Assembly (NCBI GenBank): GCA_964016885.1 | Contig: OZ024743.1 | Span: 146,692,001-146,756,000, forward strand | DNA: 64,000 bases | Reading direction: 5' to 3' | Source of the DNA: Eledone cirrhosa | Taxonomy: Eukaryota | Shown here: piece by piece, positions 37,898-48,465 of the stretch | Layout: each line of letters begins with the position of its first letter | How positions within the stretch are numbered: the first letter of the stretch is position 1 | Made by a program: the position numbers and the translations under genes | Notes under the pieces: generated by a model | What the model was told of the DNA's origin: nothing | Seen by the model: the letters and a program-made list of their open reading frames with translations, nothing else | Database searches by the model: none

Positions 37898-39994
37898 ATG
37901 GCTACCAAAAAGAAATTTCATACGTCACTCCCACTCATTCCGTCTTCTTCTTCCTCAATCATCACTACAGCAGAGAGAAGATTGTCTCTCTCCCTCCCTT
38001 CTTTAAATGTGTCTCTCTCCCTCCCTTCTCTTTCGCAAGTGACGAAAGAAAAGAAAAGTCTCGTGCAAAGCGTGCAAGGTTTCTCCACGACGACGACGAC
38101 AGCGACGAAACAGGTGTGCGGGAAATACGAAAACCCAGTTCATTCGTCTGACGTCAGGAATAATAGCAGTAGCAGCCGTAATAACAACAGCAACAGTGAC
38201 AATGAAAACAACAGTAGCAGCCGCAACAGCATCACCAGCAGCATAAACAACAACAGCATTAGCAGCAGCAACACCAACAACAACCACAGCAACAGCGGCG
38301 GAGGCAGTAGTCGTAGTACCTGCAGCAACAACAAAAGTACCAGCAGCTCTGACGACAACAACAACAGCAGAGAAAAACCAATCTCATTTGCAGGTATTGC
38401 GAAAAATTTGGAAACAATCCTCATAACAAATGAGGAATTAGAGGAAGCGAAGAAGATGGTGACAAAGAACGGACACCGAGCAATCTGCAAGGCAGCGAAA
38501 AATTTTTTCGAAACCCAAGAGCACTGTACGGTCACGTACCGTACAGTAAGTACAAAATCCCGTAGGGTGGAAAGAGCCACAGAGGCCCAAATACAAAAAG
38601 CCTTGGGGTCTGTGTGGCAGCGGAAAACGCACATCACCCGAGGCAAAAAATATGCCACCGTAGACGTACTTTTTGCCACACCCCAGGAGGCAAAGGCCCA
38701 ATCAGTAGTGACCCTAAGGAGCGAGGAAATGGTGTTGGTGCCCTCCTACTGTGGGCAAAAAATTGTGAGGGTCAAACTGACCCACGTCCCCCCCGGAATG
38801 ACCCCTTCTTGGCTGGCCGCGTCTGTCCTCGTCGGAATCGAGGACAAAACAACTGTACTGCAAGTACAGAAAAAAGTAAGAGAAGATTGGGTCGGCTCCT
38901 CCATTGAGATGCTAATCCAAACCAACCAGGAGTGCATCGAAGCTATCCCGGATGTGATAGACTTCGATAACGGCACTCAACTGCCCATAAGTGTTGAGGG
39001 CAAACGCCCGAAATGCTTTCGCTGTGGATCGAAGACTCACCTCAGGGCCTTCTGCAACGAGAAGACCCTGAGAAAGGAGAAAACCCCCCTCCTTCCGAAT
39101 CCGGCTCCACGGCTACCAGCAACAGGACAAGCGGCAACCAGGAACGATAGGCCCGTGGCACCCATACCCACTCCACGGAAATCAAAAACAGCAGCAGCAG
39201 TGGAAATACTAACAACAACAACAGCAATACCAAATGCAGCTGCAACAGAGACTCCAGTGCAAACATCACCAACAACAACAAGTGAAAGAGTGGAGTTGGT
39301 ACCCCTCCCCGACCTCACAGAATCAGACATGGAGTGTGAGGTGGGAGAGAGATGGCAAAAGGTCGTAAGAAGGCACAAACGCAGAAGCAGCGCATCGTCG
39401 CCTTTGAAAAGTGAGGAAAGAAATGAGAAAAGGGTAAAGTCTACTGCAAAGAGACCCACAGCAGCAACAACACCAACACCATCACCACCCACACTAGCGC
39501 CACCATCACCACCGGCGACAACCCCACCGCCAACAACACCTTCAACACCACCACCACAAGCACCAACATCGCAAACACAACAACAAAACACACACACCCA
39601 GCAACAACGACAAGAAAATAGCAGAACCACACCCCACCCCCAGAAAAACAAATGCACGGCAATAAACACACACAACAAGAAACTAATGACTTACATAATT
39701 GAACACACAGACATTTCACAACAGGACTACATAATACCAGCACCAATCAAAACGCCAACTAACATAAGACTGCTAAAAATAGCACAGAAACAATACACAA
39801 ATATTAAAACGAAATTCCCCAACGCAGTTGGTGATTTCAGGGACCTAGGAGGAACCATCAATCGAAGAGTATACTCAGACATTCTCTTAGAAGAGCCGAC
39901 GACCAGCCGAAGGGACGATTCAACGGTCCCTTCACCAGACGATCAAGTGAAAAGGGATGTAAAAACCATCCCTCCTCTACCAAAAGTACGGTAA
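37898..39994 (+). CDS. Tx1 ORF1, copy 2 (ATG at 37898, 698 aa)
   Basis: Collinear with copy 1 ORF1, about 13 aa substitutions, no stops. Confidence 0.92.
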   Translation: MATKKKFHTSLPLIPSSSSSIITTAERRLSLSLPSLNVSLSLPSLSQVTKEKKSLVQSVQGFSTTTTTATKQVCGKYENPVHSSDVRNNSSSSRNNNSNSDNENNSSSRNSITSSINNNSISSSNTNNNHSNSGGGSSRSTCSNNKSTSSSDDNNNSREKPISFAGIAKNLETILITNEELEEAKKMVTKNGHRAICKAAKNFFETQEHCTVTYRTVSTKSRRVERATEAQIQKALGSVWQRKTHITRGKKYATVDVLFATPQEAKAQSVVTLRSEEMVLVPSYCGQKIVRVKLTHVPPGMTPSWLAASVLVGIEDKTTVLQVQKKVREDWVGSSIEMLIQTNQECIEAIPDVIDFDNGTQLPISVEGKRPKCFRCGSKTHLRAFCNEKTLRKEKTPLLPNPAPRLPATGQAATRNDRPVAPIPTPRKSKTAAAVEILTTTTAIPNAAATETPVQTSPTTTSERVELVPLPDLTESDMECEVGERWQKVVRRHKRRSSASSPLKSEERNEKRVKSTAKRPTAATTPTPSPPTLAPPSPPATTPPPTTPSTPPPQAPTSQTQQQNTHTQQQRQENSRTTPHPQKNKCTAINTHNKKLMTYIIEHTDISQQDYIIPAPIKTPTNIRLLKIAQKQYTNIKTKFPNAVGDFRDLGGTINRRVYSDILLEEPTTSRRDDSTVPSPDDQVKRDVKTIPPLPKVR

Positions 39995-40029
39995 GTGGTC
40001 TTTCCCATCTTTTCCACTCTATTTTAAAC

Positions 40030-43000
40030 ATGACCTCACTCAGAATAGGCAGCATAAATGCGCGTGGCTTGGGGTCGTCATGGAAGCAGGGTCACCTGCT
40101 CAACGACCTCAGGTCACTAAACATAGATGTAGTGGCCATCAGCGAGACCAGAATCTCCGAAGCACGGGCCTTCGCACCGATCTTCGGCGGCTTCGATGTG
40201 TACGCATCTCCCAGCCGTCCTGGATCCGGTGGAGGAGTTGCTGTGCTTTTTCGGAGAGGTTTGGATCTCGCCATACGGGCCATCTTCCTGGACCCAGAGG
40301 GTAAGCTGGTGGTGCTGGACGTGACCAGCGGAGACGGGCAAGCTTTCAGGCTAGTGGCCGTCTATGCCCCGACAGGAGCAGGGCGGCCTGATTTCTTCCG
40401 GCGTCTGGAGACCTTTCTTGGAACGTCCCGCTCTTTAGTGTTAGTGGGCGACTGGAACGGGATCTTAGATGCACGCTGGGACTGTGTGGGATTAGCGGAT
40501 AGGGGTGGAGGGTGCAAGAGCCTCACCAACCTGCTCAGGCGTTTTGAACTGTCTGACAGGTACCGATTGGATTTCCCGAATGTGCCAATGTGGACTTGGA
40601 CAAACCGCATAGGGTCATCCAGATCATATCTAGATAGAGTATTTTGTAGGGAAATAGATAGGTCTAGCATAGGCTGTCCACAATTCAAGATAGTCAGCTA
40701 CACGGACCACAAATTCGTGATCTGTGTGCTTGACTTAGATAGGCTTCATAGACGAGGACCCGGCTACTGGAAGCTAAACGCGTCCTTACCAGCGCGCAAG
40801 GCCTACAGAGACCGGATTAGCGAACTAGTTAAGCGGGCGTTGACGGGGGCCATCGTCAACAACAAGTGGTGGTTTGCTCTGAAAGGAGCGATTAGAATAG
40901 AATCGATTAGGTTTAGTAAGGCTTTAGCAATAGAGAAAAATAGAGCAGAGGGAGAACTAGTTAGAAAATTAGACGAGGCGCTTAGCAAAGGCATTGCGAC
41001 CGACGTGCTTGCGGCGAAATTGGCCCTTGACCAATTCTTCAATGCAAAGCACGAAGGCTGCGTTGTCAGAGCTAGGGTGCGTGCTCTCAGACACGAGGGG
41101 ACGAAAGCCGTTCAATGGGCCCGAGTGGCGGAGGCGCGTCGTGGCAACAAAGCCACGATCCGGTCTTTGGTGGACCACGACGGGCGCATGCTACTCGATC
41201 CCGGGCAAATGTGTGAAGCTTTTCAGCGACACTTCGCTCAGCTGTTCGGGGGCAGCGGGGGGCCGGGTAGAGGGATGGACTTTAGTGTCTACCTCGACGG
41301 ACTGCCGCGGCTCTCGGCCACTGAGGCGAAGTGTTGCGAAAAGCCGATAACAGCCGCTGAAGTACGGGAGGCAATGACTGGCTGCACAAGGGGTAAATCG
41401 CCTGGTTTGGATGGTCTGCCCTATGAACTTTACGTACAGATGCCAGACTTGTTCGGAGGCCTCTTGGCGGACGTCTACTGCAACTGGCAACAGAACGGGA
41501 GAATTCCCAGTTCTGTGAGCCGAGGAGCGGTGGCACTGCTGAGAAAGGATCCGAACAAGGGGGATAACATAGACAATTTCCGGCCCATAACTCTGCTAAA
41601 CACAGAGTTTAAGATTTTGGCCAAGGTGCTAGCAAAGAGGTTGGCGCTTGTCGTTGGTGGTCTGGTGGGAGAGGCGCAGACATGCGCCATTCCCGACAGA
41701 TCCATCCACGACAACCTCCACCTCATGCGATACATCGTAGAGAGGGTAGCTAGGGAACCTGGCACGGGTGGGTCCTTGATCAATTTAGATCAGTCGAAAG
41801 CTTTCGATAGGGTCGACCATCGTTACCTAGCGGCAGTCCTGAGGGCGGCTGGCTTTGGGCCCGTCTTCAGAGGCTGGGTCGCTGCCATGCACAGCGACAT
41901 CTGCTCTGTGGTGAGAGTGAACGGTCACCTGTCGGAACCGTTCAACATCATGCGCTCGGTCCGCCAAGGATGTCCCCTCTCGTCCCTCTTGTACGTATTG
42001 ACTCTCGAGCCATTACTGCACAAACTGGAGACGTTGAGGGGAGTCCCGCGCGAACTAGGATGCGGAAGATCCGTGTCAGCATATGCGGACGATGTCACCG
42101 TAGTGGTGTCGAACGCCAAACACATCGAGGCGATCGGCACTACACTAAGAGAATACGAAGCGGTGACAGGAGCAATGATCAACCAGGAAAAGTCAGTGGG
42201 CCTGCAGCTCGGCACCTGGAGAGGCAGGTCCATGCCGTCCAACAGCGTCGTCGGGCGCTGGACGGACGGACCGGTTAAATTGCTAGGGGTCTGGTTCGGT
42301 CCGGACCTCCAGACGGACAAAAACTGGGACGAGGTGACGAGCAGGGTGGCTTCTCTCACCCAGAAATGGGCGGAGAGGAAGCTATCCCTGAAAGGTCGAG
42401 CGGAGGTGGCTAACGCGTACATCGCGTCTGTCATCTGCTACCGCCTAACCGTCGTACCTTGTCCTAAGCCTCGCCTGACTGCGCTGGAGCGTTTGCTCTT
42501 TCGCTTTTTGTGGAAGGGACGTGCTCCGATGGTCAGGCGGTCCATCTGTTGTCAACACCCGCTACGTGGAGGGCTGGGCATGCCGTGGCTGATGATGCGC
42601 AGGCACGCGCTCAGGCTACGACATCTCCACCTCTTCCTCGACGGTGATCAGGTGTGGTCGCCGTTTGCTAGACGCGTTTTTCCCCAGCTCGTTTCCTTGA
42701 CGGAGCTGCAGTCCTGGGTCAAGCGAAGACCGAGAGGGAGCGCCTGGAGACTGGAATGTCTTCAGGCGCTCACAGCCCTCGACCAATCGGGCAATGTGAT
42801 CGGTGGAAACTCCACCTCGGCGTTCTATAGAGGATTAGTGGAGGGGAAGAGCGACGACGTACTTGGGGAAACTCTAGGCGTCGACGAAAATCAACTAGCC
42901 AATCTCTTCGGAAGAACTTTCGGGCCGGGGCCTATGGACAACTTCCAGAAATCTCTGGCCTGGCAGTGCTACCGAGGAGCCTTGCCAGTTCGGGATAAAC

Positions 43001-43449
43001 TCTACAGGCATGGAGGTGCCGTCAGCCGGGCATGTCCGAGATGCGCGCAGGGCGACGAAACCGTCCTGCACGCACTCGTCCAGTGTCCGAAAATTGCTGA
43101 CTTGTGGGTTTATGTCGAACACCTGCTGTCGCGTTTAGGACGGATCCAGCTATCATCTGAGTCTATCGTGAGGATTTCCCCGCCCTCCTCCTTTAGCCGG
43201 GAAGGGCAGGCAGTTTTTAACTGTCTGGTGGCCATGGCGAAAGAGATAGTATGGTGGACACGTTTGAAAGGGCTGAAGACGAGCACTTACCTCTTCGGTG
43301 ATGCTCTGATTGACTTTTTCAAATTTCATTTGAAAAGGAAAATCAGAGTAGAGAAGGAAGTGCTCTCTTCCCAGCATTTTGTTGAAAGATGGGTGAGAGA
43401 AGCAAGAATGGCCCGAGTGAATGGGCCGACTCTGAGTATATATCTGTAA
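40030..43449 (+). CDS. Tx1 ORF2, copy 2, 1139 aa
   Basis: Collinear with copy 1 ORF2, about 9 aa substitutions, catalytic motifs intact. Confidence 0.97.
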   Translation: MTSLRIGSINARGLGSSWKQGHLLNDLRSLNIDVVAISETRISEARAFAPIFGGFDVYASPSRPGSGGGVAVLFRRGLDLAIRAIFLDPEGKLVVLDVTSGDGQAFRLVAVYAPTGAGRPDFFRRLETFLGTSRSLVLVGDWNGILDARWDCVGLADRGGGCKSLTNLLRRFELSDRYRLDFPNVPMWTWTNRIGSSRSYLDRVFCREIDRSSIGCPQFKIVSYTDHKFVICVLDLDRLHRRGPGYWKLNASLPARKAYRDRISELVKRALTGAIVNNKWWFALKGAIRIESIRFSKALAIEKNRAEGELVRKLDEALSKGIATDVLAAKLALDQFFNAKHEGCVVRARVRALRHEGTKAVQWARVAEARRGNKATIRSLVDHDGRMLLDPGQMCEAFQRHFAQLFGGSGGPGRGMDFSVYLDGLPRLSATEAKCCEKPITAAEVREAMTGCTRGKSPGLDGLPYELYVQMPDLFGGLLADVYCNWQQNGRIPSSVSRGAVALLRKDPNKGDNIDNFRPITLLNTEFKILAKVLAKRLALVVGGLVGEAQTCAIPDRSIHDNLHLMRYIVERVAREPGTGGSLINLDQSKAFDRVDHRYLAAVLRAAGFGPVFRGWVAAMHSDICSVVRVNGHLSEPFNIMRSVRQGCPLSSLLYVLTLEPLLHKLETLRGVPRELGCGRSVSAYADDVTVVVSNAKHIEAIGTTLREYEAVTGAMINQEKSVGLQLGTWRGRSMPSNSVVGRWTDGPVKLLGVWFGPDLQTDKNWDEVTSRVASLTQKWAERKLSLKGRAEVANAYIASVICYRLTVVPCPKPRLTALERLLFRFLWKGRAPMVRRSICCQHPLRGGLGMPWLMMRRHALRLRHLHLFLDGDQVWSPFARRVFPQLVSLTELQSWVKRRPRGSAWRLECLQALTALDQSGNVIGGNSTSAFYRGLVEGKSDDVLGETLGVDENQLANLFGRTFGPGPMDNFQKSLAWQCYRGALPVRDKLYRHGGAVSRACPRCAQGDETVLHALVQCPKIADLWVYVEHLLSRLGRIQLSSESIVRISPPSSFSREGQAVFNCLVAMAKEIVWWTRLKGLKTSTYLFGDALIDFFKFHLKRKIRVEKEVLSSQHFVERWVREARMARVNGPTLSIYL

Positions 43450-43711
43450 ACTAAAGGTGGAAAACTGGGAGAGGGCACTTGCCTTGGTGGTCAGGGTCAT
43501 TGTGGCTTTTTACTGGGCTTTCTCCACAAATGTCCCTCCGAAGTCTCCCCCCTATTGGGGAATTTTTCATTGTTATTTTCATTGTTATTTTTGTTACATC
43601 CTCTGTTTTTGTTTTTTTTTACACGCAGAAATGCCCATTTGTACCGTCCTGCATTGTCCTGCACTGTCCTTAATGTCTACTTTATGTAAACCCTTGTGGT
43701 TAATAAAGAAA

Positions 43712-43746
<35 letters not shown>

Positions 43747-44469
43747 GTTCTTTGAGTCTCAGTCATTGATGTTAGTTAACTGGAAAGTTTGAAATGAATA
43801 TCAAGCCACTACCTGCAGCCTCAGATATTCAGGACGTATCGGAGGGTTCTTGCTGTTCCCAGCAAGCATGCCTTTTGAAGTGTTCCAAAAAGCGGGGCGG
43901 GGCCAATTTTCTTTAACCATCCCTGGAAACTTTTTGAGATAGTACCTAGTGCACCTATGACAATCGGGATCACTTTGATTTCATGGTAGTGCCAAATCCT
44001 TTTTACCTCCCACTTTAAGTCCTGGTATCGGTTAATTTTCTCCCTCTCCTTCTCTTGCACTCTCATGTCGAATGGGCAGGCCACATCCACAATCAGACAC
44101 GATCTTTTTTCCTTGTCCAAAACCACCAGGTCAGGTCTATTTTGTTCCAGTTTCTTGTCCGTCTGTATCCTAAAATCCCATAGTATCTTCACCTGATCGT
44201 TTTCTATCATCGACTCTGGCTTATGCTCATACCACTTCTCAGAATGTGGTAAATTGTTTACTTTGCATAGGTGCCAATGGATCACCCTGCCCATCACATC
44301 ATGTCTCCAGCCCTTATAGTGAGTCTGGGCTAGGTGTTTACACTCGGATACAATGTGAGCCACAGTCTCCTCTCTCTCTCCACAGATCCTGCACAGTGGG
44401 CTAGCCTCCTCCTTGTAAATATGGTGTTTCAGCCACTTCGTTTTGAGGGCCTGCTCTTGTGCAGCCATT
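43747..44469 (-). mobile_element. 5'-truncated R4/Dong-clade element (CCHC, restriction-like endonuclease, 74-nt 3' UTR) flanked by (AAT)n
   Basis: Uninterrupted frame 44468-43821: AAQEQAL, CRICGEREETVAHIVSEC, RHD, WDFRIQTD, NRPDLVV..VDVACPFD, EKINRYQDL, PIVIGALG. AAT repeats on both sides. Confidence 0.92.
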
Positions 44470-44510
44470 TTATTATTATTATTATTATTATTAATATTAT
44501 TATTATTATT

Positions 44511-45905
44511 GGTTGATGGACTGCGAAGACGTGTTTTTGTGAGCTCCATGAGTTGGTTAATATTCAAGTTTTTGCATTGAATTAATTGTATTTTTTGTGA
44601 GAAAAGGATCATAAGAGATGAATGAGACACACACTCTCCTGTTAAGTCAACTACCAAGTGTCAGCGACTTAAACGTTGAGCGGAGCAAACAGGATTATAT
44701 GTGCAGCCACAGTGGTAACGAGTCAAACACTATACAATTTTGACTTAACAGAAAAAAATGAACGTTTGGCCCAGGCAGAAAAAATTATAACTAGAGAAAA
44801 AACCTGGGCCAACTTAATCATCCCGGAAGTGGTGATAGCAGTAAAGGAGAGGAGAACACTGAAATATAGATGCATTTCAGTGAAATCATGAAAAGCCAAG
44901 ACAGCCTTTGAAGGACAAGTAAAGGCTGCACTGAAATGCATCAACAATAATGACATAGAGCATATAGCAAGGGCCAAACAATTTGGAAACATCTTGGTGC
45001 TCTTCAAACCTGAGGCTCTTGCTATCAAGCATTCTGTGGTCCCCTGTCAAACAGACCAAATAGTCATGTACCCATTTTACATAGGGAGGAGAAGGGTAAG
45101 GGTCCGTGTTCTCAGGATTCTGCCAGGACTGGAGTTATGAGGGCTCCTGGGATGCATGGCGGCAGAGGGCCCTGACACCCTCCTCAATGTCAAATTTACA
45201 AAGAGGGAGAGGTGGTTTGGGATCAGTTTGGGGATTCTTCTCCAAATCAGACGTGAAGACATCAAAAATATCCTGGACCACATCAAACTACTGGATGGAT
45301 ATGAGATCCAAATAGTCACAGAAAGCAAACAGCCACACTCTTTCGTTTATGGTGAAGCCACAGATGTACATGCCTTTTGTTCCTAGCTGAAAACTTCAGG
45401 GGGATACAAACCTCCATTGCTGCCAAGAGAGGTGCCCTCTGATACAGAATCCCTTGACACCAGTTCCTCCTCATCTCCAAATGAAGATGAGGAGGAACCC
45501 CAAAAAACCAAAAATGTCAAAAACGAAAACACAAAATGAAAACAAAATTCATCTTCACACACACCAACAATCTCACAAGCACACCCACAGCAAACACAGA
45601 CACACCTACAACAACACCACAACCATTAACAAAAACACAACCAACACAGACACAACTGCAAACCATGCCTCACAAAAGAAAATATGCAGACACCAACAAT
45701 GACAGAAATACCCAACTTTGTGTTACGAAGAAGGGCCAACAAAAAACTGATGGCCCTTGTAACACAAAATCAAGACACTAAGAAAGAGGTGGAGATTTTT
45801 GGCACTTGCACCTTCAAAGTGCCCCAAACACTGCTGATGGTGCGGATACCAATCAGCACCTACAAAAACATTAAAGAGAGCTTTCTCGATGATATGAGGA
45901 CCCCT
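44511..45905 (+). pseudogene. Decayed Tx1-family element (5' UTR and ORF1) starting directly after (ATT)n
   Basis: 5' end ggttgatgga resembles ggttgacgga of the intact copies. HIARAKQFGNILVLF, PFYIGRRRVRVRV, RERWFGISLGILLQ and KKLMALV..YKNIKESF align to ORF1. Confidence 0.78.
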
Positions 45906-45909
45906 AATT

Positions 45910-47182
45910 GGAAGCCTCGAGTAGGCTTTTAAAGAAGTTCCCAACAGAAACCTCACCAACCATTGCTGAATTGTAAAGGGCAGTGAGCACCTGGCAACAT
46001 TCCAGATACCAGGTGCCCAGACTTGGTCTTCGTTTGACCAATGATTGCAGCTCAATCAAAGAGACGAGTTGCGGAAAGACTTATCTCACAAATGGTGACC
46101 ACACCTGTTCACCATTTAGGGATATCTGGAAATGTTGTAACCTCAGTGCATGTTTGCACATCATCAGTTATGGCATGCCCAGCCATCTGCATAGAAAGTG
46201 CTGGCAGCAGATGGACAACCTAACCAAGGGATCCTGCCCCTTCTACAAGAAGTTGAAAAGCAGGTGCTCCAATTTGGTGAGGCATGCACATGAATGGGAG
46301 CAAGGCATGACGGTCAGATGGTAATAAATGATGGATGTGATGCACGCATTTGCCACTCCTGTCCGACCTTAGCTTCCTCTTTGCACATTATTGGGTTCCG
46401 AAACAGTTCCGAAAGATGGCCATTAACTTTGACCACCAAGCAGATGTCGCTCTACATTGCAACAATCCAGCCCCTGAAGATGAGACCAAAGCCAGCTGCC
46501 TTGAGGACAGTCTTCAGGTATCAATGGTTGACCCTATCAAAAACTTTCGACTGATCCAAATTAATCAGAAACCCAACAAAGTCAGGTTTACACTATATCC
46601 TCTCTATGATGTATCTAGATAAATTTACTCGCACAAAGTATGGCATCTGTGCGGTCAGTTGTTGTGGTAGTGTGTGTTTGTGTTTGCTTGGTTTTGTTGC
46701 TGGTGGTAGCGGTGGTAATGTTGGCAGTGTTTGAGTTGCTGTGGATGTATCTGTATTTGTTATGTGTGTATTCACTGCATTTTCTGTTCTGTGTGTGTGA
46801 TGCCAGATGTTTCTGTCTTGTGTTCTTTTGTAGCTCCCCCTCATCTTCACTTCGAGATAAAGAAGTGCCAGTGTCTGTGGAATCTGTTTCTGATGTTAGT
46901 GGGTGTTTGTTTGTTAGTGTTGGTGGGGGTGGTACTACTATTGACTTTTGAATCACAGTCATGTGACATCTGGCTCAAGAGGGACGTATCCCCTCTATTT
47001 TTTAAAAGCTTGTAGGCATGAAACTAAAAAACAAAATTCTAATATTATGAGGTCTCGCTTCTTGAGGGCAAAATACCTATGTACCCTTGAAACTAAAATA
47101 ATTTAACATATAATGGTTTAAACAACTTAAAACAGCACACTTACTGGAGCTCACAATTATACATTGTCATATGTCAGTTACC
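45910..47182 (-). pseudogene. Decayed, internally deleted Tx1-family element (5' end, ORF1 piece, ORF2 pieces)
   Basis: Minus strand reads LINLDQSKVFDRVNH, AAGFG..FRGWI, LEHLLF, ICCQH, GMP*LMM and VFPQLVSL. The 5' end ggtaactgac abuts ATT repeats at 47183. Confidence 0.8.
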
Positions 47183-48362
47183 AATAATAATAATAATTGT
47201 TTCTACTTTAGGTACAAGGCCAGCAATTTAAAGGGTGGGGAAAGTCGATTAAAATGACCCCAGTGGATTTTACCGACCCCATAAGGATGAAAGGCAAAGT
47301 TAACCTCGGCAGGATTTGAACTCAGAAGATAAAGGGCCGTAACTCTATGCTGCAAAGTATATTGTCTGACGCTCTACCAATACTGTTAATCCACCGCCTT
47401 AATAATTGTTTCTACTTTTGGCACAAGGCCAGCAATTACACAGTACATTACTGGTACTTTATTTTATCAACCCCGTGAGGATGAAAGGCAAAGTTAACCT
47501 CAGCGAGATTTGAACTCAGATCATAAAGGGGCGTAACTCTATGCTACAAAGCATGGCGTCTGACTCTCTACCGATACTGCCAATCATAATAATAATAATT
47601 GTTTCTACTTTAGGCACAAGGCCAGCAATTACCCAGTACATTACTGGTACTTTATTTTATCGACCCCATGAGGATGAAAGACAAAGTTAACCTCAGCGAG
47701 ATTTGAACTCAGATCATAAAGGGGCGTAACTCTATGCTACAAAGCATGGCGTCTGACTCTCTACCGATACTGCCAATCATAATAATAATAATTGTTTCTA
47801 CTTTAGGTACAAGGCCAGCAATTCACCAGTGCATTACTGGTACTTTATTTTATCGACCCCGTAAGGATGAAAGGCAAAGTTAACCTCGGCGAGATTTGAA
47901 CTCAGACCGTAAAGGGACGTAACTTTGCTGGAAAGCATGGCATCCGACTCTCTACCAATACTGCCAATTCACCGCCCCTAATAATAATTGTTTCTACGTT
48001 TGGCACAAGGCCAGCAATTAGCCAGTGCATTACTGGTACTTTATTTTATCGACCCCGTAAGGATGAAAGGCAAAGTTAACCTCGGCGAGATTTGAACTCA
48101 GACCGTAAAGGGACGTAACTTTGCTGGAAAGCATGGCATCTGACTCTCTACCAATACTGCCAATTCACCGCCCCTAATAATAATTGTTTCTACGTTTGGC
48201 ACAAGGCCAGCAATTAGCCAGTGCATTACTGGTACTTTATTTTATCGACCCCGTAAGGATGAAAGGCAAAGTTAACCTTGGCGGGATTTGAACTCAGAAT
48301 GGCAAGGGCCGTAACTCTATGCGTCAAAGCATGGCGTCCGACCCTCTACCGATACTGCCAAT
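47183..48362 (-). mobile_element. Head-to-tail array of six ATT-tailed tRNA-SINE copies
   Basis: Six units of about 185-205 bp, each beginning (plus strand) aataattgtttctac(t/g)tt..gg(c/t)acaaggccagcaatt and separated by AAT repeats. Confidence 0.93.
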
Positions 48363-48399
48363 GGTCATTACTATGACTATTACTATTCTTGTTTGCTGT

Positions 48400-48465
48400 T
48401 TTCCTCTGTATTTTGCCTTTGTATTGTTCCCAACATTTTTAGTCCTTGTGGCCAATAAAATAAAT
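48400..48465 (+). mobile_element. Possible short Tx1-type 3' UTR stub
   Basis: cctttgtattgttccc...gtccttgtggccaataaa resembles the 3' ends of the Tx1 copies. Confidence 0.45.

Larger units (their letters stand above)
37685..43713 (+). mobile_element. Full-length Tx1-clade non-LTR retrotransposon, copy 2 (tandem, about 99% identical)
   Basis: Same 5' end directly after the (ATT)11 tail of copy 1. AATAAA at 43702-43707, then (ATT)11 at 43714-43746. Confidence 0.96.

Noticed and set aside
31942-43500. Antisense and alternate-frame ORFs within the Tx1 copies
   Set aside because: They are expected shadows of GC-rich or low-complexity coding sequence with no recognisable motifs; conservation between 99%-identical copies is uninformative.
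31622-43713. LTR retrotransposon or pure assembly duplication
   Set aside because: There are no LTRs, integrase or protease; APE-RT architecture with AATAAA and a simple-repeat tail indicates a LINE. Scattered substitutions argue against an exact duplication artefact, though a haplotype mis-join needs long reads to exclude.
44470-44657. N-terminal extension of the 278-aa minus-strand ORF
   Set aside because: It is read-through across the (AAT)n tract into the neighbouring element; Dong homology starts at MAAQEQ.
47183-48362. Regularly spaced repeats suggestive of a CRISPR array or satellite
   Set aside because: Units are whole 185-205 bp SINE copies with A/B boxes and no unique spacers, in a eukaryotic context.
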